A DNA stretch of 63,606 nt, counting the filler, from Phoronis australis (taxonomy: Eukaryota; Animalia; Phoronida): assembly GCA_002633005.1 (NCBI GenBank). It is 6 parts of 6 records of this genome, joined end to end, with 100 filler letters (N's around TTAATTAATTAA, not from the genome) between each part and the next. Parts side by side here need not be neighbours in the genome. Positions count along the whole stretch, not along the records: positions 1 to 30,627 come from NMRA01000229.1; 5 more parts are not named here. One strand, given 5' to 3'. The notes beneath the pieces are model-generated. The model did no database searches. It was not told the DNA's origin and saw nothing but the letters and a program-made list of their open reading frames with translations. The translations under genes were made by a program, and so were the position numbers. Of this stretch, positions 1 to 12,555 are shown piece after piece; positions within the stretch are counted from its first letter, which is position 1, and each line of letters begins with the position of its first letter.

Positions 1-461
1 CCCTCTCTTCTGACGTTGGGTGGCTGCCATTTTAATGAGTTTTCAACCTTAAGATATTTGCCAAGTGAACAACGTCCACAAGAATTCAGTACTGGACCAC
101 TACACTGAAACTTTCGAAGCAGGCAACCATACAGCTTGAAGGTGTTAGAATCTCCTAGCAATACCATTCTTGACAAGGGGTAACCTATTAAACGAGTGTT
201 AATTTCGGGCAAAACACAGCTGTCAGGTATCCATACTGTTTCGTTGCGCTTCACCCACACTCCGCTTGACGTCGCTTGTATCACTGTCTTGCATGTATCC
301 GTAACTGTCGATTTATTGAACCAAGACGACGAATTAGTCCGTATCATGAACGGCTTTAGAGTATCTGTATTGCCAAATTTCAAAGAAAGGTATGATAATG
401 TTAGCCATAGAAGTAAGCTGCACGACACAAACATAACGATGGCTCTTGTCTTCGTGGCCAT
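1..461 (-). CDS. 5' part of a type-II membrane SGNH/GDSL-like (PC-esterase/NXPE-like) protein; open to window edge
   Basis: Manual translation from ATG at 461 has no stop to position 1: MATKTRAIVMFVSCSLLLWLTLSYLSLKFG...CKTVIQATSSGVWVKRNETVWIPDSCVLPEINTRLIGYPLSRMVLLGDSNTFKLYGC... N-terminal signal anchor, W-x-P-x-x-C motif and hydrophobic strand + GDS. Absent from the ORF track because it has no stop in the window. Confidence 0.65.
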   Translation of the reverse strand, partial: MATKTRAIVMFVSCSLLLWLTLSYLSLKFGNTDTLKPFMIRTNSSSWFNKSTVTDTCKTVIQATSSGVWVKRNETVWIPDSCVLPEINTRLIGYPLSRMVLLGDSNTFKLYGCLLRKFQCSGPVLNSCGRCSLGKYLKVENSLKWQPPNVRRE

Positions 462-1143
462 TTGTCACTTCCAGGGATTCCAGCGGTCTGAAATACCATA
501 AGCTTGCATGTAGGAGACCACTGCTAGACCACAAACTTTCACAATTACAAACATTAGCACAATCTAATCTGCGAAGGTTTCTGCAGACCTTCGAAGCACA
601 AACTGTCGTAATTTTTGTTCCAACAACTTGTGATTCCTTCAAGACTAGCTCAGCTTGACATCAGGCACATGTAAATCAACATTTACCCTACATGCATCAG
701 TCCATAATTCAGTTGTTAAACTGACGTTTCTATTTCGTAAACTTAATTCACCCTTACCTTCAATTCGAAGTCTAAAGACAGTGTTATCTACAAAGTTGAT
801 TGTAATGGCTGAACTCAGAAGTAGGCTTGCTGACTGAATGATTGAACAATGTCTTCTGATATTAGAAGTAGTATTAAAAGGGCGTATCCTCATCATAGTC
901 ACCACGCAGATGTCACGGGTCATGTACCTCTTTATTGTTATTAACATACGAGGTTTTCCGTACTTGCGCTCAATTCTTTATAATACTTTGGCCAAGAACT
1001 AATGTAATAAACTCACATGATGTATCTCATAAATCCAATAAGGGTGAATAGTTTTACATGTGCGTGTCTTGCCAACTAGTACAGGGTGTTTTTGTGTCTT
1101 TTGTGCATTCTTATTTCCATTGAAATATTTAATGCTAACATAT

Positions 1144-1283
1144 TTTGATGTTGTACGTACTGTAAGGTGCTGCCACCTATTGGGTACCTCTAGAGAGAGG
1201 ATTCCAAGATGGCGCAGCCCAGGTTGGGTTTGTAAAAAGAATATAAGTTTTTAGCATAAACAACATATTATTGGATCATTACA
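1144..1283 (+). repeat. Gypsy 5' LTR
   Basis: Direct repeat of 11327-11459, ends ...CATTACA; the start is TTTGA versus TGTGA in the 3' copy. Confidence 0.9.
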
Positions 1284-1284
1284 C

Positions 1285-1294
1285 TGGCGACGAG
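1285..1294 (+). promoter_or_regulatory. Primer-binding site complementary to tRNA-Ser(GCU) 3' end
   Basis: TGGCGACGAG one base after the LTR; reverse complement of CUCGUCGCCA. Confidence 0.8.
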
Positions 1295-1301
1295 TGACGA
1301 A

Positions 1302-2116
1302 ATGAACCCAATACAAGCTGTAGCACCATTTAAACCGGAGCTTGGCCGGCACACAGTGGGTCCTCGGTGGACAAAATGGCTTGCAAGGTTTGAAATTTAC
1401 GTCGTGACACTGGACATTGAAAACGAGAGCGTGATGGACATTTTTGACACTCTCAAAACGGATGAAGAAACATTCATCAGCGCAAAGAAAAAATTAACTG
1501 AGTACTTTGAACCAAAGAAAAATGTTCAGTTCGAAATTTTCACTTCCGAGAGGCGAAACATGAGCCTGGGGAGGACTTAGACTCATACACAACCAGATTA
1601 AGAGGTCTTGCTAAACACTGTGAGTTCGAAAATGTCGACAAAGACATATTGAGCCAAATTATTCAATGTTGCTCATCACAGCGACTGCGACGAAGGGCAT
1701 TACGTGACACAATGATTCTTGATCAACTGCTGGACATTGGTCGTGCTTTAGAACGTTCTGAAATGCAAGCCAGTGGTATTGAAAAATCTCACACGGTGAA
1801 CGCCGTCAGTAATCCAAAGCCAAAGCCCAAACACAAGCAGAAAAGCTCAGAACAGCAGAAAAGCTCTAAACCTAAAAGTTTGGACTTTAAATTTGTTTGC
1901 TATATATGTGGTGGCAATTACCCACATGCAAAGGAATGTCCTGCTAACAAAGCGACCTGCTATAACTGTCAACGTGTAGGCCACTATGGCAAAATGTGTA
2001 GAAATCACAAACAAAAACATAAAGAGAATGCTGTTAATCACCTGACCGATCATCAACCGCAGCAAGATGATGAAGAGGAACATCAGTCTGACACCAGTGA
2101 TGAAAGGCATTGGTGA
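1302..2116 (+). pseudogene. Gypsy gag (frameshifted) with two zinc knuckles
   Basis: RWTKWLARFE start; CYICGGNYPHAKEC and CYNCQRVGHYGKMC; split over two ORFs. Confidence 0.85.
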
Positions 2117-4989
2117 AAAGTCTAAGTTGCCCAAAACAACCGTCACAATAACTATGCCTGGTAAAGAGGTTCTGATTGACTCATGTGCATCAGCAAATTT
2201 GATCTCAGAATCGGCATATAGGCAGAGGAAACCACAGCCAACTCTGAGTAAAAACAATGTAAACTTGTACCCATATGGCTGCAAAGAGCCAATTGCTGTG
2301 CTAGGCAAATTCTAGACAAGTGTTCAGTTACTGACCAAATTTGTCCCTGTTATATTTTACGTTGTCAAAGGCGATACAGCCAACTTGCTTGGATACGACA
2401 CGTGTGTAGACCTAAATCTCATTCATGTTGCAAATAATCTATCAAATTTGAAGACTGAGTACCAGGATGTTTTTGGTGGAATCGGGAAACTGAAAGACTA
2501 CCAAGTCAAAGTGCATATATATAGACAAAGATGTAAAACCTCAAGTTCAACCACACAGACGGATTCCTTTACATACCTGTATGCGAAAGAAAGTGAAGAA
2601 AGAACTTGAATTATTGGTCAAACAGGACATTATTGAAAAAGTTCCAGAAAAACCGACCCCGCGGGTTTCACAATTAGTCGTGGTCCCAAAATCTGATTCT
2701 GACCAGCTTCGTCTATGTATTGATATGAGACTCGCGAACCAAACTACAAAACGCGAGAGACACGTGACTCCCACAATTGATGATATCGTGCACGATTTAA
2801 ACGGTGCAACTGTTTTCTCAAAGCTCCACTTAAAAGCTGGTTATCATCAACTAGAACTGCACCCTGATAGTCGTCAAATTACGACATTCTCGACAAATAT
2901 AGGCCTTATAAGCTTTGGAATCTGCTCTGCGGCTGAAATTTTTCAGAATTGCATTGAACAAGTATTGCAAGGTCTGTGTGGTGCCCGAAATTTCAGCGGT
3001 GACATTATTGTCTTTGGTAAAACCAAAAAAGAGCATGATGAAAATCTAAGAGCTGTACTCAACGGGCTTCGAGAAAAAGGTCTGAAGCTGAATGAGCAAA
3101 AATGCAGATTCGGACAGTCACATTTGTCATTTTATGGACACATACATGTATTCTCTGCTGAAGAGATTCTGACTGACCCAAAAAAGGTTGAGGCAATAAA
3201 AGCTGCTGGTTGCCCGACAAAAGTCACAGAACTGAAAAGTTTCTTAGGGATGCCAACATATCTGTCTAGATTTATCCCTGATTATGCAATGACGTTTACA
3301 CACCCACTGAGACAGCTGACTAAGCAAGATTTTAGCTGGGATTGGACTGATGAACACAGAGACTGCATGAAAAAACTCACTGACTTACTCACTGGTGACC
3401 AGTGCATGGCATACTTCGATCCTGATAGGAATACTGAACTGTATGTCGATACCAGTCCAGTCGGTCTCTGTGGTATCTTGACACAAAATGGCTACGGATC
3501 CAGAGCACTCACTGATACTGAACAACGTTATTCACAGACAGAGCGTGAAGTCCTTGCCGTTGTTTGGAGTGCTGAACATTTTCATTTGTACTTATATGGA
3601 AATCCATTCACAGTTTATACCGATCATCAAGCTCTTGAGAGAATCTGAAAAAATCCAAAGTCTAAAGTGACTGTTAGAGTTCAAAGATGGGGTCTCAGAT
3701 TAAAACCCTATAACTGTAAAATTGTGTACCGACAAGGAGCTGGTAATCCTGCTGATTATCTATCACGACATCCACTTCCGAATCAGAAATCACCCCGGAG
3801 TGCGATAGTTGCTGAAGAATACGTGAACTTTATTCATTACCATACAATTCCGAAAGCTCTCACAAAAGAAGAAATTGCTGACGCAACCAAAGGAGATGAT
3901 ACGCTCCAATTTGTCATCGAGAATACATGTATTGTGACCAACACATGGCGCAGAGAACCAAGTTCAAGTGATGATTTGAACGCACTGAAATCATTCAAAC
4001 GTGTCAAAGAAGAACTCCCTGTTTGCCCTGATAACAATATTGTGTTGCGCGGTGTGAAGTTAGTGATGCCAAAATCTCTACAGCAGAGGGCGCTTTCAAT
4101 CGCTCATGAAGGTCATCAAGGTATGGTAAAAACAAAGTCCTTAGTGCGTGAGAAAAATTTGGTTCCCTGACATTGATAAGCAGGTTGAACATATGATCAG
4201 TCAGTGTGCATCTTGTGAAGTTGCTGGCAGTAAGCAACAATATGAACAACTGAAAATGTCTGAATTACGCCTGAGAAACCTTGGTGCGAGTTAAGTCTAG
4301 ATTTCACTGGACCGTTTCCAAATGTTGATTACCTGATCGTGATTATGGATGATTACTCCAGATACCCAATAGTCGAAACTATACGTTCAACATCTGCGAA
4401 TACTGTCATTCCAAAGCTCGACAATGTATTCTCCATGTTCGGAATATCTGATATTCTGCGAAGGGATAATGGACACCCTTCTAATGGGAAAATATTCAAA
4501 CACTTTGCAAAGCATTATGGTTTCAAACATAGGAAAATTACACCACTGTGGCCCAGAGCCAATGGTAAAGTTGAACGCTTCATGCAAACATTGAAAAATG
4601 CTTTGTTGAAATCAGCCCGAGATGGATTGCCATGGAAACAAGGATTGCACAGATTCCTACGTAGTTATCGTGCAACGCCCCACTCAAGCACAGGTATACC
4701 ACCTGCGCAATTGTTGTTTGGAAGAAAATTTTCCATTAAGTTCCCAAATGTTCAATCATACCAATGCGATACAGGTGTGAAATTGAATGATGCCAAATCC
4801 AAAGGGGTTATGAAAAAGCATGGCGATAAGAATTTACGTGTGAAACCCGCTAGTATAAATGTAGGTGATAGTGTGATTTTGAAGCAACAGCAGACAGATA
4901 AGTTGTCTGCACCATATGAAAATAATTCATACAAGGTGATTGAAGTCAAGGGATCTATGATCACAGCCCAAAGGAACATTGATGGCAGG
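2117..4989 (+). pseudogene. Gypsy pol (protease, RT, RNase H, integrase), multiply disrupted
   Basis: LIDSCAS protease; LRLCIDMR, LKAGYHQL, degenerate YxDD (FSGDII); RNase H DTS/YSQTERE/YTDH; integrase HEGHQG, DDYSRYP, RDNG, VERF. C-terminus (VTRNSSHFK) resumes after 10958. Confidence 0.9.
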
Positions 4990-5206
4990 TGTCATGCGAC
5001 GGATTGCTAGTTAGTTATAAGCCTTTTCTATAGATGTCGCTGTCGTACGTTTTATCGGTTTGTGACAGTGGTGTTATTTGTTTGTAGTTCCACACAGTTG
5101 AAAAATACATGTATAAACATCGAGTCGCTCGCAATATTTATCGCATTTTATTCGCCGAAACGCATTGCAGAGACTATTTATTGTTTCAACGTGTGATTCC
5201 ATAACA
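4990..5206 (+). repeat. BEL/Pao 5' LTR
   Basis: TGTCATGCGACGG...TTCCATAACA, duplicated at 10737-10953. Confidence 0.95.
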
Positions 5207-5310
5207 GCTTTTTCAACTTTCGTGTGATATGTAAGTAGAAGTCGAACTATAAGAGTGAACTTTGCCGAACTTTCTCCGATAGCACTCAACGACCGTAGAC
5301 TGAAAATTCA

Positions 5311-8300
5311 AATGGCGGCGCCAAGTGACTCGGACTTGAGAAGTGTTAAATCGAGCCGGGCGGCTAGCAAACGTAAAATAACCGGATTTGTCAAACAGGC
5401 ACACCTGTTGTTAAGTTCCACGGATGGTATCCCGAAGTCTGAATACCAGAAACTCGGAGATTCTATTCGAAATAGTATGGATGAACTGGAAATACATAAC
5501 GAACGAGTGTTAGAACTTGAACTGAGTGAACTGGAAGACGTCAATAACGAAATGGCAGTAAACGATATTGAAGGTCGTGCTGAGGGCTACATAGATGATG
5601 TGCGTAAATCTGCTCTACCTATAATGTACCATCTCATTGCTCGTGGTACAGAGCCCGAACCCTCACATGCTGCAAAACCTGAGAAACTCGAGTCAAGTGA
5701 AGCGACATCTGCCGTACGAATGGCAAAAGTTAAATTCCCTACGTTCTCAGGTGACTTGAGAGAATACAAACACTTCAAAGAACTGTTCATGTATTTTGCC
5801 AAATCTCTGGGAGAAACTGAGTGTTTGTATCAGTTGATTGAATCAATGGACAGGCAAAAGGAGAAAAAGAAAATAGAAAACTGTTTGAGTGTTGCTAGGG
5901 CGTGGGAGATTTTGGACAATGAGTATGGTGATGATGATCGCATAATCGACGCTTTGCTGAGAGACATCGACAACCTAAAATCATATGACATAAAGGGGCG
6001 AATTGACCTACCAGTTTTAGAAACATTTGTCGAAACATTGCAGTGTTTTGAGGTTCAAGTAGAATCGCTCAGCTTATCAGGTGGTCTGAATGACAGGGTC
6101 ATTTTAACACAGATTCGACGTAAGATGCAAGAAGAACACCGCATTCAGTACTTGAAAAGCACCCGTGACGGCGAAACTGAAGATACACTGACCGATTTGG
6201 TCAAATGGCTACACGAGCAACTGATTGTCTTGCAGAAAGCCAAAGACTGTGGCGAGATACCTGTGCAAAGCCAACAACAGCAACACAAGCGGTACAAAAC
6301 AACAACGAATCACGCAACGGTGTCCCCTGGTGCTAAACTACCATTAAAATGTCCTCTGCATCCCAAGTTCACTAACCATTTCTTAAAGGCTGTAACAAGT
6401 TCAGAACATTGAAACAAGAAGCAAAATTTGACATCATGAAGAAGAATAACATTTGCTTTAGGTGTGGACATAATAACTGCATAGCAGGAAAATACCCATT
6501 CGATCAACAGAACTGCCAGTTTAAAGGTCCTTGCCAGATACCGACCTGTGGTAGAGATACGCATTTCTCTTCGATATGTCCCATTGTATACGGCCTCGAT
6601 GGCTATGGTAACTCAGACAAGTCATCGTTTACTCCTGGTTTGAATACGCAGGCACCCGAGTTTCAACCAGTGAATTCTAATCCGACCTCCACTCCAGATC
6701 TGAGCACTCGTGGTCAAGGCTTGGCCAATGTTTTGCCAACTGTGATGGGGTACATTAGTCATGGCACAAGAAAGGTGATGGTCCGTATTCTTCTTGACCA
6801 GGGTAGCCAGGTTTCACTTATTCGTGAAGGTATCATTCCTAAGTCTGCTGATCACCATATGCAAGAATATCAACTCACTACCGTGGGCGGCAACACAATG
6901 AGTCAAAGTCTCCGAGTCGTCGACTGTGTGATTGAAGATTTGTCTGGAACACTATCTCGTAAGGTCAGACTCACTGAAATGCGAAAACTGTGCGGAGACA
7001 CACCAATAGTTTCCAACCAGCAGATTGCACAGTATCCTCATTTACAGAACGTCAAGATAACCGAAGCTCCCTGTGACTTAATAGACGTGCTTCTGGGCTT
7101 AGACAATACTGATCTGATTACTTCAGAGGAAGTAATCATTGGTCCGAAACTGGATGACCCCATCGCTGCCAGATGTCCGCTAGGGTGGTACATTCAAGGG
7201 GGTCATAATCCTCGTAAGCTTCAATGCAATGCCCTACTACACTACGCACAAATATGTACAGTAGGCGAGCTTGAAGAGTTTCTTGGTTTGGAGAGGATGG
7301 GTTTGGAGCCGAAACGTTGTAAGTGTACTGCAGAAGAGCAGGACAAGCAGGCTGCCGACTTTATGAAGCAAAGTGTCACTCGACTAGAAGATGGTACATA
7401 CCAGATAAATTTGCCATGGAGGAAGTCTCCAGAGAAACTGTCAAACAACTACACTTACGCAATCAACAGACTTCAGAACCTAGAGAAACAGTTTCGCAAC
7501 AGACCAGATGAATGGATAGTTTACTGCGAACAGATGAGAGACCAGGTGTCCCGTGGCGTTGCCAGACTTGTTACTGAAGAGGAGCTGCAGAGAGACACTC
7601 GTGAAGACAAGGGAATGTGGTTCCTGCCTTATTTTGCTGTCAAGAAGGACTCGATTACTACTCCTGTGCGTGTTGTGTTCGACGGCAAGGCGAGATATCA
7701 AGGACACTCTCTCAATGATTACCTTGCGAAGGGTAAAAACATCAACAGCGATCTTTTTGATGTTGCACTACGATTTCGAGAGTTTGAAGTTGGCATAGCA
7801 GCAGACATTAGCAAGATGTTCCAAGCGGTTAAGATAACACCAGAGGATGCTCGATTTCACCGTTATTTCTTTAGAGAGCATCCAGATTACCCTGTCAACG
7901 TCTACGAATTGACAACGGTCACATTCGGTGACAAGCCGTCTCCGACTGCAGCCATAGTAGCGTTACGACATACAGTTGACGAGCATGCACCTGATGATGT
8001 AGAGCTTCAACGCATCACCCGAGACCAGTTTTACATGGACAGAGAACACCCCAGAATGCGCGTCAGTTGAAGGGCCGCCTTACTGAAGTACTAGACAAAG
8101 GGAAATTCAAGATTCGCAAGTGGTTATCCAACGTGAGCGAAATTTGTGAAACAGAATTCGTACCCAGCGATGGTGAGGCTGTTGTACTTGGGACCAAATG
8201 GAACCTCGAAAAAGACACAATCAGTGTGAAACCAGTCAATATTGAACATGAAATGGTGACAAAACGCAACATTCTGAAGAAAACTGCGTCCTACTACGAT

Positions 8301-10553
8301 GTATTTGGAATGTTGTCAGGTGTTCTCGTACGTCCTAAGGTTCTGCTTCAACGTTTGTGGCAATTTGAGTTAGACTGGGACACGCCATTAACACCCCAAA
8401 GTGAGCTATGCTCCATATGGGACGAAATCCAAAAGGATTTAGAACAAGTCAATACGATTGAGATACCTCGCTGTCTTATCCCGGAAAAGTTTAAAGGCTC
8501 GACAACCCTGCCCACAGTGTCACTACACGGTTTCAGTGACGCCTCTGAGGATGCCATGGGTATGGGTGTTTGGCTACGTTGGTCTTATCCAGAGGATGAT
8601 AGTGCTGAACTGTAGTTCGTTTGTGCCAGAGCACGAGTTATCCCGTTGAAACAGACAAGTATACCACGCAAAGAGCTTCAGGCGATCCTTCTTCTGTCAC
8701 GGCTGGTGATATGTGTTGACAGAGCTCTAATACTTGAAGTATCCTACAGGAGATTGTGGACCGACAGTTTGACTGCAATATGCTGGTTACGTGGTAAGTC
8801 GAAATCTTTCAAATCGTATGTAGCATACCGCGTTGGCGAAGTTACGTCAGAGTTTGATCCAATTGAAGACTTATCCTATGTTCCAACCAAACAGAATGTC
8901 ATCGATCTTGTCTCACGTGGTGGTACGGCTGCTGAAATGCAACAAGTTTTAGACGGACCAGAGTTCATAAAACAACCACCTGCCCTTTGGCCCAATACAC
9001 CAAAGACTATTCAGATTTCAGATGATCCCGAGCAAAAGAAGTTTCACGTCAGAAATGCCCACATGTACGCTGTGAAAGTGGCTGTCACACCGTTCATTGA
9101 CCCTAAACGGTTCTCAAGTTGGTCAAGGCTGCTCATGGTCACTGCTCGTATCTTGTCTTTGAGAGATTTGCCAAGGTCTCGGTGGTTAAAGTCGCTGACG
9201 TCTCACATTTCCAAATGGCCTACTCTAGCGCACCTGAAAGAAGCTGAGTTGTACTGGATTCGTTGTGCTCAACGGGAAATTGACATCAAGAACCACCAGA
9301 TAATGAGTCTTAGTCCTTTCTTCGACGATGAAGAGGGTGTGTATAGAGTTGGTGGTCGCATCAGAAAGGCACCGATTTCTTATGACATCCGTCACCCATA
9401 TCTACTACCAAAGTGAAGTCACATAAGTCTGCTGATTGTTCGTGAGAGGCATCGCCACGCATTTCATGGAGGACACCTCAGAACTGCCTTCGAAGTCCGT
9501 AAGAATTACTGGTTAATCGGAGACATCAACGTATCTCGACGCGTCGTTCACGAATGTATGACCTGTAGACGTTACCGTGGGAAACCGTTGAAACAAAAAA
9601 TGGCCGATCTTCCTGACTGTCGTGTTACGCCGTATACCCCAGCATTTAAGCCTACGCTAGTGGACTATTTGGGACCAGTTAATGTGAAACTCACCAGAAA
9701 CACCGTCTCCAAGGGTTATTGTGCTGTATTCACCTGTGTGGTGACAAGGGCAGTCCATCTAACATGCGTTCAAGATCTCTCAACATCAGCCTTTCTCCAG
9801 GCCTATGAACGGTTCGTGAGCATACGTGGTGCACCAGCTATGATAATCAGCGACAATGCCACGTGTTTTCGAGGTGCTGATAATGAAATGAGAGAGTTGA
9901 ATCTTCGTCTCAATCGTGAGCAACTCCAATGTCGTGGTCAACGTTACAACGCGGAATGGAAATTTGGGCCGCCTGGAGGACCTCATCATCAAGGGGCGGT
10001 AGAGCGGATGGTGCAAGAGGTCAAAAAGTCTATGCGGTACATGGTGCAAGCTGACAAGCTCCCATTCGTGGAGTGGGAGACAGTGTTCTGTCAGATATCG
10101 TCTTTGATAAATAACCGACCACTTACAGCCATGTCGTCCTCACCATTGGACGACGCCCCTATTACACCCAACCACTTCCTGATTGGTAGAGGTGAGCTGC
10201 CAAGTTCTCAAGTCCCATGCACTGAGTACACTGCTGACTTCAGAAAGCGTCGCGAGTTGTGTAACGCCATGGTCGATGGATTTTGGAGAAGATGGTTAAC
10301 TAACATACACAAACTGTCCCCTCGGCGGAAATGTTTCGACTCTAGTGATAATCTAGCGAACAGAGATGTTGTTCTAGTAGTTGACGAAAATGCCAAACGT
10401 GGATTTTGGAAAATGGCAGAGATTGTGAAAACGTACGCCAGTGATGATGGACTGATTCGTGTTGTGGACATTAGATTTTCAGACGGCCATGTTATCAAGA
10501 GACCTGTAACTAAACTTGTTCTATTGATGAAGAACACGGATAGACTCGATTGA
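5311..10553 (+). pseudogene. BEL/Pao gag-pol polyprotein, disrupted
   Basis: DUF1759-like KFPTFSGD; Cys/His knuckles (CFRC, CQIPTC...H); protease ILLDQGS; RT RVVFDG, ADISKMF, FGDKPSP, truncated FYMD; Pao RNase H LHGFSDAS, IPRKEL, WTDS; integrase VDYLGP, SDNATCF, VERMV. Frameshifts near 6410 and 8068, stops at 8613 and 9414. Confidence 0.92.
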
Positions 10554-10736
10554 CATTTGAACTTTATTACACGGTGCTAGACACTGAGTTTACGTTTGAT
10601 AGCATAGTGTGTGTTTCTAGTTAGACTTAAGTTGGCTCTAAGTGTTTACTAGTGGTACATGAGTCAGTCTGTGCCTAAGAACTTTTATATTTTTTTAGTA
10701 TTTTCGACATTCCTGTCTGTTTAGTGTCCCCTGGGA

Positions 10737-10953
10737 TGTCATGCGACGGATTGCTAGTTAGTTATAAGCCTTTTCTATAGATGTCGCTGTCGTTCGTTTT
10801 ATCGGTTTGTGACAGTGGTGTCATTTGTTTGTAGTTCCACACAGTTGAAAAATACATGTATAAACATCGAGTCGCTCGCAATATTTATCGCATTTTATTC
10901 GCCGAAACGCATTGCAGAGACTATTTATTGTTTCAACGTGTGATTCCATAACA
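10737..10953 (+). repeat. BEL/Pao 3' LTR
   Basis: Near-identical to 4990-5206, followed by TSD GCAGG. Confidence 0.95.
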
Positions 10954-11326
10954 GCAGGATCATAAATGGTGACACGAAACTCATCGCACTTCAAACCAAC
11001 AAAAGCGCAAAACTTTGCTGGAGACACTGAAGTAACGGATGATGAACTCTTTGACATTCTATGGGAGAATCGTGCTGAACATCAGCAACGTGACGCGGTG
11101 CCTTTGAAAATTGAGAAACGCTATCCTACTCGTTTTCGTAAACAACCCTCGCACTTGAAAAACAATGTTTAGGTTGTGTTTAATTGAAAGACACTAAGTA
11201 GTTTTGAGAACTCTTGATGAAGCTCGTTTTAAGTGTTCACATTGTTTACTAATTTAAACATCAAACAGTTGCCCATGACTCTTTTGTTTTTGTTACGGAA
11301 AAGTTTCATTGTAAGAAAAACGGTAA

Positions 11327-11459
11327 TGTGAGGTTGTACATGTACATTCTGTAAGGTGCTGCCACCTATTGAGATGATTCAAAGATGGCGCAGCCCAGGT
11401 TGGATCTGTAAAAAGAATGTAAGTTTTTAGCATAAACAACATATTATTGGATCATTACA
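11327..11459 (+). repeat. Gypsy 3' LTR
   Basis: TGTGAGGTTGTAC...ATCATTACA followed by TSD CATAT. Confidence 0.9.
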
Positions 11460-11869
11460 CATATCAGTTTCTATAACATGATTGAAGAGATGTAAACATC
11501 TAAGTCGAGCAGAATGGAGAGCCTAAATTTCTCAAGTGAAGTAAAGGGTTTTAGAAATGTGATAGCCCTAGGTGAGGAATCTGACGACAGCGAAAGCATC
11601 CTGACTAGTAATTATGATTATGTCTCTGGCATAGTCAATGATGGGGAATTTAACGGGACCATGGTCCCCTGTTCATTGCAAAATATGTTTTCCACCAGTG
11701 AAAAAACATTTCAAGTTTGTGTTTACCTTCCCCACACCCTTCATTTTTGCATAGAACATTATAATCCCCAAACTATTGCTTTCTTATTTTCAAGTTTTGT
11801 ATCATAGCTACCATTGGACAAAAGTTTTGAAAAATTATGGGAATTCACAATATTAGAAGCCTTTGAAAT

Positions 11870-12555
11870 GAACAAAACCAACGCAAAGCGTTGAAATGCG
11901 CCCACAAATGCTCCGCAAATAATGTCCTATAGGGGTGTTTATTACAATCATAAAAATGGCCACTAGATGGCACAAAATACGTTGAAGCCATCCGAAAACG
12001 GGAACAGGTCTTTATTAGAAAGCTATATCCAATTTCGTAAAAATCCGTCAAGGAACTTCTGAGAAACACGAGGAAATCAGAAAAAATGAAATTGTCACCA
12101 GGGGGCACATCATTGGTCACATCCGTCTGAAAGTCGTTATCATCGTCCGTAGTCAACTTCATATACATGTAAATACACTTGCTAAATTCCATACAGATCC
12201 TGCAGTAGGTTTAGGAGAGTGCAGCTATGCCTTCAAAAAAACAAACCTGCCACTAGAACGCACCACAGTAGACGAACTCGTTAGAAAAACACCGTCAACC
12301 ATCCTCTTCATAATAAGAACATATGTGCTAATTTTCACAAACATCCTTAGGGTGGTTTGTTGGGTTCAAAGAGGGGCAGACGCCAAAAATAGACAAGAAA
12401 ACCGTAAAATTTTCCACTAGATGGCGCAAAATACGTAGAACCCAAAATGGGAACATGTCATCGCTTCTTTAACAGAAAGCTATTTACAAAATTTCATAAA
12501 AATCCACCAAGGAACGTCAGAGAAACAGAGGAAAAGGGAAAAAATTAAATTGCCG
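11870..12555. repeat. Interspersed repeat with internal CCACTAGATGGC-containing subrepeats
   Basis: Start (AACGCAAAGCGTTGAAATGCGCCCACAA) recurs at about 59310-59393; internal duplicated units near 11960 and 12415. Confidence 0.55.

Larger units (their letters stand above)
4990..10953 (+). mobile_element. BEL/Pao LTR retrotransposon nested in the Gypsy integrase
   Basis: 217-bp TG...CA LTRs at 4990-5206 and 10737-10953 (2 mismatches seen); 5-bp TSD GCAGG (4985-4989, 10954-10958); BEL-type gag/pol. Confidence 0.95.
1144..11459 (+). mobile_element. Gypsy (Ty3/Mag-like) LTR retrotransposon, decayed, interrupted by a BEL/Pao element
   Basis: LTRs 1144-1283 and 11327-11459; 5-bp TSD CATAT (1139-1143, 11460-11464); PBS TGGCGACGAG; gag-PR-RT-RH-IN order; degenerate purine tract 11313-11326. 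Confidence 0.93.

Noticed and set aside
196-947. ORF-track ORFs at the window start
   Set aside because: Alternative-frame shadows of the real minus-strand ORF at 1-461, or non-coding upstream sequence.
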